In this document: piece by piece, positions 19,379 through 29,802 of the stretch
Position numbering within the stretch: position 1 is the first letter of the stretch
Layout of the letters: each line of letters opens with the position of its first letter
From: Candidatus Poribacteria bacterium
GTDB taxonomy: Bacteria; Poribacteria; WGA-4E; GCA-2687025
Length of the DNA stretch: 64,000 nucleotides
Assembly: GCA_026004875.1 (NCBI GenBank)
Contig: BPJZ01000004.1
Span: 44,728-108,727 of the forward strand
Direction of reading: 5' to 3'
Made by a program: the position numbers and the translations under genes
Notes under the pieces: generated by a model
What the model was told of the DNA's origin: nothing
Seen by the model: only the letters and a program-made list of their open reading frames with translations
The model's database searches: none

Positions 19379-20473
19379 ATGCTCTATCATCTGCTTTACG
19401 AACAGCTCCAGCCCTATTTTTCGCCCTTTCGCCTGTTTCAGCAGATCACCTTCCGGGCGATCTACGCTGCCGTCCTTGCGTTTGTGCTGGCGCTGGTGCT
19501 GGGGCCGAGGGTGATCCGCTGGTTGCAGCGGCTTCGGTTTGGGCAGTACGTGCGCCGAGAAGGCCTGGAGTCCCACTATAAGAAGGAGGGCACGCCCACG
19601 ATGGGCGGGGTTCTCATCCTTGCCGCCTGGCTGGGAAGCGCGCTGCTTTTTGTCCGTTGGACCAACCCGCTGGTTTGGATCGCCGTCGGCGCGACCATCT
19701 GGTTCGGGCTGATTGGGTTCTTGGACGACTGGCAGAAGATCCGCAAGGGCCGTTCACTGGGGCTGACGGGCAAACAGAAGCTGCTGTTGCAGTTCTCCGG
19801 AGCCGCGGTGATCGCCTGGCTGCTCGCCCACCAGGAGACGGGCAACATCGCACCGACGGCGTTAGTCTTCCCCTTTTTCAAGTTCCTCAAGCCGGAGCTC
19901 CCCGTCTGGTTGTACGTGCCTTTTGTGATGGTCATCATCGTCGGAGCGGCCAACGCGGTGAACTTCACCGACGGACAAGACGGCTTAGCGATCGTCAGCG
20001 CCAATTACGTCGCGGGCACCTTTGGTGTCTTCGCCTATCTGACCAGCCATGCGTTGATTGCCGACTACCTGGACATCCCGCACATTCCGGAGACAGGAGA
20101 GCTGACGATCTTCTGCACGGCCCTGGTAGGGGCCGGGCTCGGGTTCCTATGGTGGAACGCCTATCCTGCTGAGGTGTTCATGGGCGACACCGGCTCGATG
20201 GCGCTCGGGGGAGCGATCGGGACTGTCGCTGTGGCCACCAAGCAGGAGCTCCTGTTGCCGATCGTAGGGGGCATTTTTGTCGTTGAGACCCTCTCGGTGA
20301 TCCTGCAGGTTTGGTACTTCCGGCGCACGGGCGGCAAGCGGATCTTCCGCATGGCCCCGCTCCACCACCACTTTGAAAAGGGAGGGATTCCCGAACCCAA
20401 AGTCACCGTCCGCTTCTGGATCGTCGGGTTCGTGTTGGTGTTGATCGCGTTGAGCACGCTGAAACTACGGTAA
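19379..20473 (+). CDS. mraY: Phospho-MurNAc-pentapeptide transferase
   Basis: KEGTPTMGG, GFLDD, NAVNFTDGQDGL, FMGDTGS and MAPLHHHFE motifs. Confidence 0.97.
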   Translation: MLYHLLYEQLQPYFSPFRLFQQITFRAIYAAVLAFVLALVLGPRVIRWLQRLRFGQYVRREGLESHYKKEGTPTMGGVLILAAWLGSALLFVRWTNPLVWIAVGATIWFGLIGFLDDWQKIRKGRSLGLTGKQKLLLQFSGAAVIAWLLAHQETGNIAPTALVFPFFKFLKPELPVWLYVPFVMVIIVGAANAVNFTDGQDGLAIVSANYVAGTFGVFAYLTSHALIADYLDIPHIPETGELTIFCTALVGAGLGFLWWNAYPAEVFMGDTGSMALGGAIGTVAVATKQELLLPIVGGIFVVETLSVILQVWYFRRTGGKRIFRMAPLHHHFEKGGIPEPKVTVRFWIVGFVLVLIALSTLKLR

Positions 20474-20485
20474 GCGAGAGAGTCC

Positions 20486-21883
20486 ATGAGCGCGCGTCTG
20501 TTCCCTCCGGAGACCTGGCAAGGGGTCCGGGTGGGGGTGATCGGCCTGGGGGCGAGCGGGACCGCAGCGGCCAGAGCGCTTCAGCGCTGCGGCGCGCGGC
20601 TGATCCTCAACGACGCCCAGCCGAGCTCCCAGCAGGCCCAGATAGAGGCACAGCTTCGCAGCGCGGGGATCGCTTGGGAGGCTCTCGTCCTGGGGGACCA
20701 TCCGCTGGAGCTGCTTGAAGCCGTTGAGCGACTGATTGTCTCTCCTGGGGTTCCCTTCGATCTACCGCTCCTGAGGGCGGCTCGGGAACGGGGCCTTCCT
20801 ACCCTTGGTGAGCTAGAGCTGGCCTACCAGCTAACGGAGGCCCCCTTTGTCGCCGTCACCGGCACCAAAGGGAAATCCACTACCACCACGCTGATCGGGC
20901 AGATGCTGGAGGCCGCCGGCATCGCCGCCGTGGTTGCGGGGAATATCGGGACGCCGCTGACCGCTGTCGCCCTGGACACTCCTCCGGAGCGGTGGATCGT
21001 CGCCGAGGTGAGCAGCTTCCAGCTTGAGAGCGTCTTTCAGTTTCGCCCTCGGATCGGTGTCGTTTTGAACGTGACGGCGGACCATCTGGACCGACACCGG
21101 AGCTTGGAAGCCTATCTCTCTGCCAAGCTTCGCCTGACCGAGAACCAAAAAGCGGAGGACCTGCTCATCCTGAACGCCCAGGACACGACGGCAAGGCGCT
21201 TTATCGAGCGAACGCGGGCGCGGATTCGGCGATTTTCCCTGGAACCACGCGCAGAAGCGGAGGCGTTTCTCTCCAAAGGGTGGCTATGTCTGCGGAGCGG
21301 AGGCCGAACGATCTCCTTATGTCGTCGGGAGGAGCTGCGGGTCTTGGGAGACCACTTTGTCGAGGACGCCTTGGCTGCGGCGCTGACGGCGTGGGAGCTG
21401 GGCGCGCTGCCGGAACAGATCGCCCAACCGTTGCGGGAGTTTCGCGGCCTCCCTCACGCCTATGAGCTGGTCGCCGTTCGGGAAGGGGTGGCCTACGTGG
21501 ACGACTCGAAGGCGACCAATCTAGCCGCCGTGTTGGCCGCCGTTCGGGCCACGCCGCCAGAGTCGCCGATTGTGCTGATCTTCGGCGGCGTGGACAAGGG
21601 CAACGACTATACGGGATTCCTCCCGGCGGTGCGAGGGCGGCTTCGGGCCGTTGTCCTCTTGGGCACGGAGACCGAACGGCTAGAGGCGTTGTTCCGGGGA
21701 GTGGTGCCGACGGTCGTCTGTCGCTCGATGGAGGCGGCGGTCCGAGCAGCTAGCCGGCTGGCTCGTCCAGGGGACACAGTGCTCCTCTCTCCAGGACACG
21801 CCAGCTTTGACCTGTTCGCCAACTGGAAGGAACGCGGCGATGCGTTTCAGCGCGCCGTACGGAATGCAGGTCGAGAGCAGTAG
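20486..21883 (+). CDS. murD: UDP-MurNAc-L-Ala:D-Glu ligase
   Basis: GLGASG, SPGV, TGTKGKSTTT, EVSSFQLE, DHLDRH, DSKATN and LLSP..ASFD motifs. Confidence 0.95.
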   Translation: MSARLFPPETWQGVRVGVIGLGASGTAAARALQRCGARLILNDAQPSSQQAQIEAQLRSAGIAWEALVLGDHPLELLEAVERLIVSPGVPFDLPLLRAARERGLPTLGELELAYQLTEAPFVAVTGTKGKSTTTTLIGQMLEAAGIAAVVAGNIGTPLTAVALDTPPERWIVAEVSSFQLESVFQFRPRIGVVLNVTADHLDRHRSLEAYLSAKLRLTENQKAEDLLILNAQDTTARRFIERTRARIRRFSLEPRAEAEAFLSKGWLCLRSGGRTISLCRREELRVLGDHFVEDALAAALTAWELGALPEQIAQPLREFRGLPHAYELVAVREGVAYVDDSKATNLAAVLAAVRATPPESPIVLIFGGVDKGNDYTGFLPAVRGRLRAVVLLGTETERLEALFRGVVPTVVCRSMEAAVRAASRLARPGDTVLLSPGHASFDLFANWKERGDAFQRAVRNAGREQ

Positions 21884-23035
21884 CCCTCACGGCTTGGGGC
21901 TCTCTCAGGGGAGGAGAAGTGGACGTCCCGACTGGGTGCTTGCCCTCTTGGCCGGTCTGCTGCTTTCGATCGGGCTGGTGTTCCTCTACTCGGCGAGCTC
22001 GTCGCTGGCGCTGGACCGGTACGGCAACTCCGCTTACTTTGTCGTCCGACAGCTGCGAGCGCTAGGGGTTGGGCTGCTTGGCGCCCTCGTGGCTTATCTG
22101 GTGCCGATCGGCGTTTATCGGCGCTACGCCAAGCGGCTGATTCTGATCTCGATCCTGTCAATGCTGGCCGTCTACCTCCCCGGCATCGGAAGCCCCGTCG
22201 GGCGATTCCACCGTTGGATCAACCTGGGAGTGATTCAATTTCAGCCCGTCGAGCTGGCCAAGCTAGCGGTGATCCTGTATGCGGCTCAGTTCCTCAGCAG
22301 CGATCGGAAGGATATCACGTCGTTTTCGCGCGGCGTCCTGCCCCATGTGCTGATTACCGCTGTGTTTGTCTTCTTGCTTCTGCTTCAGCCGGACTTCGGC
22401 TCGGCGGTGCTGCTCTGCGCGGTGGTGTTCGGGATGCTACTGGCCGGCGGGGCGCGGCTTTCTCACTTAGGGTTTCTGAGCGCCTTTGGAACGCTCAGCC
22501 TCTACCTGCTGATCGCGAGCGATCCCTACCGGCGGGATCGGGTGCTGACCTTCACCAAGTGGTTCCACGGGACCCACGAGCGGCCGGATGACGCCGGCTA
22601 TCAGATTTGGCAGGCTTACGACGCGCTGAGCACCGGCGGACTATGGGGGGGTGGGGCTGGGCCGAAGCCTTCATAAACTGTTCTACCTTCCGGCTCCCCA
22701 TACCGACTTCATCTTTGCCGTCGTCGGCGAAGAGTTAGGATTTCTGGGCGCCTCGGTGGTGGTGTTTGCTGATCCTCCTTTTAGTTCTCCGGGGGATTCA
22801 GCTTTCCCTACGGCTGAACGATCCGTTTATGAAGCTAAGCGCTTTTGGGATCTCACTCTCATTGGGCCTGCAAGCCGCCGTCAATCTGGCGATGACGATG
22901 GGGTTGCTGCCGACTAAGGGGATCCCCCTGCCGTTTATCAGCTATGGGGGCTCTTCGTTGATGGTCAGCCTGGTGATGGTGGGCCTTTTGCTCAGCCTTT
23001 CGCGCCACGCGTCTCCGTCCCGCGCATCCCGTTGA
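21864..23035 (+). CDS. ftsW: SEDS peptidoglycan polymerase FtsW (frameshifts at the G7 run ~22645-22651 and at ~22766)
   Basis: YSAS, RWINLG..FQPVE.AK and QPDFGS; then [18 protein letters not shown]; then [16 protein letters not shown], in three successive frames. Confidence 0.9.
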
Positions 23036-23047
23036 GGGGGGTTCCTG

Positions 23048-24153
23048 ATGGCTCCGCGCGGCAAGGTGTTGATCGCCGCCGGTGGGACCGGCGGGCATCT
23101 GTTCCCCGCCCTTACGGTTGCAGATCGGCTCCGGGAGCGCTATCCGGAGGTGGAACTTGTGTTCGTCGGTCGGGCAGACAAGATCGAAGCCCGGCGGGTG
23201 CCCCAAGCAGGGTACCGTTTTGTACCTGTGCGGGCAGCGGGGGCTGCCCCGAAAGCTCGGCTACCCATGGATCCCTGCGCTTCGCTCGCTTTTAGGTGGC
23301 GTGGCGGACGTGCGACGAGTGCTTCGGCGAGAACGGCCCGACGTGGTCTTTGGAACCGGCGGGTATCTCTCTGGGCTGGTCGGGGGGGCTGGCCGCGTTG
23401 AGGCGCGTGCCGGTAGTTCTTCACGAGTCCAACGCGGTGCCGGGTCTAGCGAACCGGTGGCTGGCCCGCTGGGCCGTCGAGGTACACGTGGGCTTTGAAG
23501 CCGCTGCTCGATATCTTCCGCCGGAGAAGGTGCGCTTCAGTGGAAACCCTCTCCGTCCGGAGGTCCTCCATGCAGCGGAACGACGAGGCCAAAAGCCCCG
23601 GAACGACCCTCTGCGAATTGCGATCATCGGCGGGAGCCTGGGCGCAGCCACGTTGAACCGGGCCGTCCTTCAGGCGCTGCCGGAGCTGGCCCGTCTTCCG
23701 ATCGTTCTGGTTCATCAGACCGGCGAACGGGCCTACCCGTGGGTGATGGAGACGATCCGTTCCCGATGGGGCGAAGTTCCCTGTAACATCCAGGTGGTCC
23801 CGTTCGTAGAGCAGATGGGAGAGCTCTACGCTCAGACGGACCTGTTGATCGCGCGGGCTGGGGCGATGACCCTCTCCGAAGCGGTCTGGTGTCGGGTGCC
23901 GATGGTGTTGGTCCCTTATCCGCACGCTGGGACCGACGAGCAACGCCAGAACGCGCGCGCCGTCGCTCAAGCCGGGGCGGCCCTCCTGATCGAGGACGCT
24001 CAATTTGACGGAAGTCGGCTGGTGGAGGTGGTTCAGGAGTTCCTCCGTCGGCCGGAACGCCTCGAAGAGATGGCCGCCCGTTGCGAAGCGCTCGCTCGTC
24101 CTGACGCAACCGACCAAATCGTCGAGGCGATCGTCGCCTACCTTCCACGCTGA
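23048..24153 (+). CDS. murG: MurG glycosyltransferase (frameshifts in G-runs at ~23240 and ~23385)
   Basis: GGTGGHLFPAL; PDVVFGTGGY; HESNAVPGLAN, SGNPLR, GGSLGA, RAGA and Q..NA, spread over three frames. Confidence 0.9.
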
Positions 24154-24169
24154 GGGCGGACCGGAAGCG

Positions 24170-25600
24170 ATGTTCGGGAAGACGCGGCGCATTCACTTTG
24201 TCGGGATCGGCGGTGCTGGAATGTCCGGCATCGCAGAGATCCTTCTTGCCGAAGGGTTTCACATCTCCGGCTCCGATCTCAGCGAAAACGAGAACACCCG
24301 ACGACTCTCCCAGATGGGAGCTCGGGTCTTCCTGGGGCACAGCGCTCAACACGTTGGCGCGGCGGACGTTGTCGTGGTCTCGGCGGCGGTCCCGGAGGAC
24401 AACCCCGAAATTCGCGAGGCACGTCGGCGGGGTATCCCCGTGATTCCCCGCGCGGAGATGCTGGCCGAGCTAATGAAGCTCAAATACAGCATCGCCGTCG
24501 GCGGCACCCACGGCAAGACGACCACCACCGCCCTGATCGGCACCGTCCTGGAGGCGGCCGGCTTGGACCCGACGGTCATCGACGGTGGCCGATTGGTCCA
24601 CCTGGGCAGCGGCGCGCGGGTAGGCCGGAGCGAGTTTCTGGTCGCCGAGGCGGACGAAGCCTACGGCAGCATCAAGCGTTTTCATCCCACCGTCGCGGTG
24701 GTGACCGCCGTGGACGCCGACCATCTGGACTACTATCGGAACGTCGAGGAGATCAAAGAGGTCTTCCTTTCGTTTATGAATCGGGTTCCCTTTTATGGGA
24801 TGACCGTCGCCTGTCTGGATCAGGAGAACGTCCAAGCGCTCCTTCCGGAGGTCGAGAAGCGGCTGATCACCTACGGGGTGCGCTCTGCAGCCGACGTGAC
24901 GGCGGGACAGTTGGAGTTTTCTGGGACAACGAGCCGGTTTTTGGTGCGCTATCGCGGGGAGCCGCTGGGGAAGGTGCGGCTGCCACTGCCGGGGGAGCAC
25001 AACGTTCAAAACGCCCTGGCCGCCGTCTGTGTGGGGATCGAGCTGGAGATCCCCTTCCCGACGATTGCGCGAGCGCTGGCCGAGTTTCAGGGGGTTCACC
25101 GACGCTTTGAGGTGCTCGGGGAGGTTGGAGGCGTTCTGATCGTGGACGATTACGCTCACAACCCGCAGAAGCTCAAGGCGGTCTTTGCGGGGGCGAAGGC
25201 CGGATTTCCCGACCGGAGGCTCCTTGCGGTCTTTCAGCCCCATCGCTATCATCGGGTACACACGCTGGCAGAGGAATTTTCCCGCTCCTTCTTCCAGGCC
25301 GATCGGGTTTACGTGACGCGGATCTACGGCGCGGGCGAAGCGCCGATTGCGGGCGTTTCCGCTGAGCGGCTTGCCGAGGCGATTCGAGCCCACGGCCACC
25401 GGGAGGTCGTCTTTCTCCCGACTCAGGAGGCGCTTCTGGAGCGGCTGCTGGAGGAGGTGCGGCCCGGCGATCTGGTCCTGACCGTCGGCGCGGGAGACAT
25501 CTGGAAGGTCGGAAAGAGGCTGTTGGAACAGTTGCAGGCGAAGGAGCGACCGGGTGCCACGTCCATCCCCCTGGATCAACGCCCTCCGGAAGATCGCTGA
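24170..25600 (+). CDS. murC: UDP-MurNAc:L-Ala ligase
   Basis: IHFVGIGGAGMSGIA, GTHGKTTTT, EADE, DDYAH and FQPHRY motifs. Confidence 0.97.
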   Translation: MFGKTRRIHFVGIGGAGMSGIAEILLAEGFHISGSDLSENENTRRLSQMGARVFLGHSAQHVGAADVVVVSAAVPEDNPEIREARRRGIPVIPRAEMLAELMKLKYSIAVGGTHGKTTTTALIGTVLEAAGLDPTVIDGGRLVHLGSGARVGRSEFLVAEADEAYGSIKRFHPTVAVVTAVDADHLDYYRNVEEIKEVFLSFMNRVPFYGMTVACLDQENVQALLPEVEKRLITYGVRSAADVTAGQLEFSGTTSRFLVRYRGEPLGKVRLPLPGEHNVQNALAAVCVGIELEIPFPTIARALAEFQGVHRRFEVLGEVGGVLIVDDYAHNPQKLKAVFAGAKAGFPDRRLLAVFQPHRYHRVHTLAEEFSRSFFQADRVYVTRIYGAGEAPIAGVSAERLAEAIRAHGHREVVFLPTQEALLERLLEEVRPGDLVLTVGAGDIWKVGKRLLEQLQAKERPGATSIPLDQRPPEDR

Positions 25601-26510
25601 ACTGCGAATTCGAGAGGACGAGCCGCTCTGGCGGCATACCTCCTTCAAGATCGGCGGGCCGGCCGACGCCCTGGTTTGGGCCGATACGCGAGAGCAGCTA
25701 CGTCAGGTGGTCCGAATCGCTCGTGAATATCGGGTGCCCTTTTTCGTCCTGGGGCGAGGAACCAACGTCCTGTTCGACGACGCCGGGTTTCGAGGGATCG
25801 TTCTGAAGCTGAGCCGCGAGTTTGAGATGATGCAGTTTGACGGCCGCCGGGTTCGAGCCGGCGCGGCGGTTCCGATGAGCGTCTTTAGCAAAGAGTGTGC
25901 AAAGCGCGGGCTCTCCGGCGCCGAGTTCATGTTCGGCATCCCTGGCAGCTTGGGCGGCGGCGTTCGAATGAACGCCGGCGCGCACGGCAGCTGCTTTGCC
26001 GAGATCGTTCAAGGGTGCGAAGCCCTCGACTGGGAGGGGACATTCCGCTGGCTCACTCGTGAGGAGTTGGCTTTCGCCTACCGTTCTTCAGCGCTGAGCG
26101 ACTTTGCGCTGGCGACAGAGGTCCTTTTTGAGCTGACGGCCTCCGACCCGGAGACGGTGGAGCAAAAGACAAAAGCGCTTTACTACCAACGGATGGCTTC
26201 GCAACCGCTCGCGGAGCCGAGCGCGGGATGCGTCTTTCGAAACCCGGACGTGGGCGCCGCAGGAAAACTGATCGACGAATGCGGTTTGAAGGGCCGCTCC
26301 TGCGGAGGGGCGCAGGTTTCAAAGAAGCACGCAAATTACATCGTCGCCCCAGAGGGGGCCACCGCGGCGGAGGTGCGCCGGCTGATCGCTCAGATACACC
26401 GCGAGGTGCTCCAAGCACGGGGGGTTTGGCTCGAGCTAGAAGTAAAGATCTTGGGTCCCCACGGGGAGGATTTAGGCGCCCAGCTTCTTGGGAAGGGCCT
26501 CGAAGGATGA
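25554..26510 (+). CDS. murB: UDP-N-acetylenolpyruvoylglucosamine reductase
   Basis: TSFKIGGPAD, GRGTNVL, GIPGSLGG.V.MNAGA, SAGCVFRNP and KHANYI motifs. Confidence 0.95.
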   Translation: MPRPSPWINALRKIAELRIREDEPLWRHTSFKIGGPADALVWADTREQLRQVVRIAREYRVPFFVLGRGTNVLFDDAGFRGIVLKLSREFEMMQFDGRRVRAGAAVPMSVFSKECAKRGLSGAEFMFGIPGSLGGGVRMNAGAHGSCFAEIVQGCEALDWEGTFRWLTREELAFAYRSSALSDFALATEVLFELTASDPETVEQKTKALYYQRMASQPLAEPSAGCVFRNPDVGAAGKLIDECGLKGRSCGGAQVSKKHANYIVAPEGATAAEVRRLIAQIHREVLQARGVWLELEVKILGPHGEDLGAQLLGKGLEG

Positions 26511-27502
26511 TCCTCAACGTTCAGACCTCCTGGCGACCTCTACGAGGAGAGGATCGCCAGGAAACGAGCCGACGGTCCACAATCAGAAGGGTTCACGAAC
26601 CGACCTGGAAGCGGTCCCAGGCTCAGGAGGAAGCGCAGCTGCGCGCTCGACGGGCCGTCGTCCGACGTTCTCACTGGCGCGTGCTGTTTTTATTTGGATG
26701 CGTCGCGGTTGCCCTGTTGGGGATCGAGATCGAGCAGGCCCAACGCGTGGGGTTTTGGGGGTCCTCCCTGTTTCCCCTTCGTCAGGCGGTCGTCATCGGC
26801 AACGAGCGGTACAGCGAATCGGAGCTGATCGCTGCCGCCGGCGTGGTTCCGGGGATCAGCTCGATGCTGGAGGCCGATCCATTCCGGCTTCGGGAGCGGC
26901 TTCAGCGAGCAATTCCCGATTTGGAGGAGGTCACCGTCGAGCGGGACGTCCAGCGCGGGGTGGTCACGATTCGGGTCGCTGAGCGCCGGCCGTTTGCTCA
27001 AGTCCAACAGGGGGGTCAGACCCACTGGGTAGACGAGCGGGGCGTTCGTCTAGATCGCCCCTACGTGGAGGCGCCGCCGGCGGTGCCAACGGTTCTGGTT
27101 AGGACTCAGGAGGAGCTCGCCTCGGCGTTGCTGCTGCTTCGACTGGATCGGCTCTACCGGCAGCAGAGCGGAGCGCTGCCGGAGATCGTTCGGGTGGTGG
27201 CTCGGGGGCCAGGGGAGATCGTTACCCACTACCGCGCCGCGGACGGACGTCCCTTCTTGGTGCTTTTTGCCGCCGATCGGCTCGAAGAGGGGATGGAAAA
27301 CATTTATCACTTGTGGCACTATCGCCTTCGGGAGGGGAAGACGGAGGCTCCTCTCACAGACGCGGGGGATCTGCCGGACATTTCCGACCAGAGCCGGGAG
27401 GCCGAAAGCTCCGGATCGGAGGTCGTCGAACGGTACGACGCGCGGTTCAACGGCACCGTATACATCGCTTCGGAGGGCAAGGAACAGAATCATGGCACGT
27501 GA
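26507..27502 (+). CDS. ftsQ: Cell division protein FtsQ/DivIB
   Basis: TM helix and POTRA domain (VVIGNE...V.VER...VTIRVAERRP); positioned before ftsA. Confidence 0.8.
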   Translation: MILNVQTSWRPLRGEDRQETSRRSTIRRVHEPTWKRSQAQEEAQLRARRAVVRRSHWRVLFLFGCVAVALLGIEIEQAQRVGFWGSSLFPLRQAVVIGNERYSESELIAAAGVVPGISSMLEADPFRLRERLQRAIPDLEEVTVERDVQRGVVTIRVAERRPFAQVQQGGQTHWVDERGVRLDRPYVEAPPAVPTVLVRTQEELASALLLLRLDRLYRQQSGALPEIVRVVARGPGEIVTHYRAADGRPFLVLFAADRLEEGMENIYHLWHYRLREGKTEAPLTDAGDLPDISDQSREAESSGSEVVERYDARFNGTVYIASEGKEQNHGT

Positions 27503-28739
27503 AGACATCGTAGTTGGGCTGGACATCGGTACCAGCAAAACGGCCTGCATTATCGGCGATATTGGCAAGGGGAGCCTTGAGGAGATCGAGATTATCGGGG
27601 TTGGCGTCGCCCCCTCCGACGGTCTCCGAAAGGGGATCGTCATCAACATCGAGCGGACTACCTCCTCGATCCGCAAGGCGATCGAGGAGGCGGAGCTGAT
27701 GGCCGGCGTGGAGATCGGCTCGGCCTATATCGGCATCGCGGGCGGGCACGTGATGGGCCATAACGTCAACGGCGTGGTGGCCGTCTCCGGCAAGGATCAC
27801 GTCGTCACCCCGGAGGACGTCAATCGGGTGATCAACGCCGCCAAGACGGTGGCCATCCCTCCAGAACGGGAGGTACTCCACATTCTCCCCCAGATGTTCA
27901 CCGTGGACGATATGACCGGCATTCGGAATCCGGTGGGGATCACCGGCGTCCGGCTTGAGGTGAGCGTCCACATCGTGACCGGCGCGGTCTCTTCGGCGCA
28001 GAATCTGGTGCGATGCGTCCACCTGGCCGGGCTGTCGGTTGAGGACATCGTCTTGGAGCCGTTGGCCTCTGCCGAGGCCGTCCTAACCCCTGACGAATTT
28101 GAGGCCGGGACGGCGCTGATCGACATCGGAAGCGGCACGACCGATCTCGTCATCTACCGGAACGGAGCCTTGATGCACACCGCTTCGCTGGCCGTCGGCG
28201 GGTGGAACATCACTAACGACTTAGCGACGGTCCTCCACCTAACGTTGCCCGAAGCCGAGACGATCAAGCGGGAGCACGGCTGCGCCTTGGTGGAGCTGGT
28301 GGACCCGGCGGAGACGATCTCCGTTCAGGGCCGGGGCACGCAGCGAACGCGGATGATCCACCGCACCCACGTCGCTGAAATCGTCCAACCGCGAATGATG
28401 GAGATCTTCGAGCTGGTCCGTCAGGAGATCGAAAAGAGCCATCAGATGATCAACGGCCTGGTCCTCACCGGCGGAACGGCGCTCTTGGAAGGAATCGAAG
28501 AGCTGGGCGCGGCCATGTTCGAAATGCCGGTGCGAGTCGGGTACCCGCGCCCGCTGCGCGGCCTCTCCGATCGGGTGCATAGCCCCGTACACGCAACCGG
28601 CGTCGGGCTGCTACTTTATGGAACCCGCGACCGGTGGAGCGGGAAGGGCACCTCTCGATTCATCAAAGGGAACGTCTTTGAGAATATCCTCCAGCGGATG
28701 CGAAGCTGGTTCGCTTCCGTTCGGGAGGACTTCTTCTGA
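27492..28739 (+). CDS. ftsA: Cell division protein FtsA
   Basis: VGLDIGTSK, GLRKG.V.NI, LEPLASAEAVL, DIGSGTTD and VLTGG motifs. Confidence 0.97.
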   Translation: MAREDIVVGLDIGTSKTACIIGDIGKGSLEEIEIIGVGVAPSDGLRKGIVINIERTTSSIRKAIEEAELMAGVEIGSAYIGIAGGHVMGHNVNGVVAVSGKDHVVTPEDVNRVINAAKTVAIPPEREVLHILPQMFTVDDMTGIRNPVGITGVRLEVSVHIVTGAVSSAQNLVRCVHLAGLSVEDIVLEPLASAEAVLTPDEFEAGTALIDIGSGTTDLVIYRNGALMHTASLAVGGWNITNDLATVLHLTLPEAETIKREHGCALVELVDPAETISVQGRGTQRTRMIHRTHVAEIVQPRMMEIFELVRQEIEKSHQMINGLVLTGGTALLEGIEELGAAMFEMPVRVGYPRPLRGLSDRVHSPVHATGVGLLLYGTRDRWSGKGTSRFIKGNVFENILQRMRSWFASVREDFF

Positions 28740-28781
28740 TCGACCTTGGGCCTGGACGGCTTGAAGCTTTCCCTCGGCCGA

Positions 28782-29714
28782 TCAGACCTCCTGACGACTG
28801 CGGTGGAGTAAAAGGAGGGTCGCCCCCCAAAGCGGGACGATGACCGCCGCCACTTGTCCCACCGACCAGACGACGCCAACCAGCGCCGGAAAGAGAAGGA
28901 TCGAGGCGAGCATGGCCCCTTCTAGGGCCCGATAGCCGTTCGCCTCCGAGGGGCTCCGGAGCAACGGATAACGAGTAACCATCGTCGCAATCAGCGCTCC
29001 GATCGGCCAGACTACATAGCGGGTCGGGTATCCTAGCGCCAGCGGCAGGAAGGCCAGCCCAAACGCTCCCAGCGTTGCCAGCACTGAAACGATCAACGCC
29101 ACTCGTGGCCCTAGCTGGTGGACCGTCGTCCGAACGCCAGCGACGGCGTCTCGACGATAGTCCTTGAACGTACTGATCACGTGCGTTCCGAAGTCGTAAA
29201 GAAAGGTGATCCCAAAAGCGACCCAAACCATCGGGGGAACCCTTCCGGCGGCGGAGATCGCCCCAAAGACGTTCAACAGACCAATCCCCAGCGGGAGGAC
29301 CAGACTTCCCCAAAGGCCCCGCTCTTTGAGATAGGCGTTGTAACTGTGAGAGATGGCGATCAACAGGAGCACCAGCAGTCCCGCCTGCCAACGAATGAGA
29401 AACCCCAACGCCACGCAGAGGAGATACAGACCGCTTGCCAGGCGGAGCGCCGTCTCCGGTCGGACTCGCCCGGAGGGAATCGGTCGCTCCGGATGGATCA
29501 ACCGATCTACGCCCCGATGGAAGTAGTCATTCTTGATCATCCCGGCAAAGTACCCCAGTTCGGCGACCAGCAGCGCTAGCCAGGCGCGCCAGTTGTGAAC
29601 GAAGTCGGGCGCGCTCAGCACGATCCCGGGCAGTGTCGCCACAACTGGAATGGCGAACAGCGGGTAGCGAATGAGCTCCAGATAGGCCCGCAGCGCTCTG
29701 ACGGTGGTCCCCAT
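28782..29714 (-). CDS. UbiA-family prenyltransferase (DGGGP synthase/chlorophyll synthase-like)
   Basis: YLELIR, NDYFHRGVD..HPERPIPSG, YN..LK and KDYRRD..AGVRT motifs; about 9 TM helices. Confidence 0.8.
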   Translation of the reverse strand: MGTTVRALRAYLELIRYPLFAIPVVATLPGIVLSAPDFVHNWRAWLALLVAELGYFAGMIKNDYFHRGVDRLIHPERPIPSGRVRPETALRLASGLYLLCVALGFLIRWQAGLLVLLLIAISHSYNAYLKERGLWGSLVLPLGIGLLNVFGAISAAGRVPPMVWVAFGITFLYDFGTHVISTFKDYRRDAVAGVRTTVHQLGPRVALIVSVLATLGAFGLAFLPLALGYPTRYVVWPIGALIATMVTRYPLLRSPSEANGYRALEGAMLASILLFPALVGVVWSVGQVAAVIVPLWGATLLLLHRSRQEV

Positions 29715-29802
29715 CGTCCTAACCTGTTCCCTTTTTGTGCCCTCTTGGCCCCGCTCCTATTAATATTGAAGCAAGGAGGGTACCTGGAGAGGAGTCTTTC
29801 GA

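Noticed and set aside
16477-24153. murE, ftsW and murG as pseudogenes or programmed-frameshift/phase-variable genes
   Set aside because: The breaks are single-base indels, mostly in short homopolymers, in essential genes with all motifs intact. The same pattern occurs in moxR, the dehydratase, the porin, HAD, the CDP-alcohol transferase and the epimerase. Long-read consensus error is the simplest explanation; read polishing would settle it.
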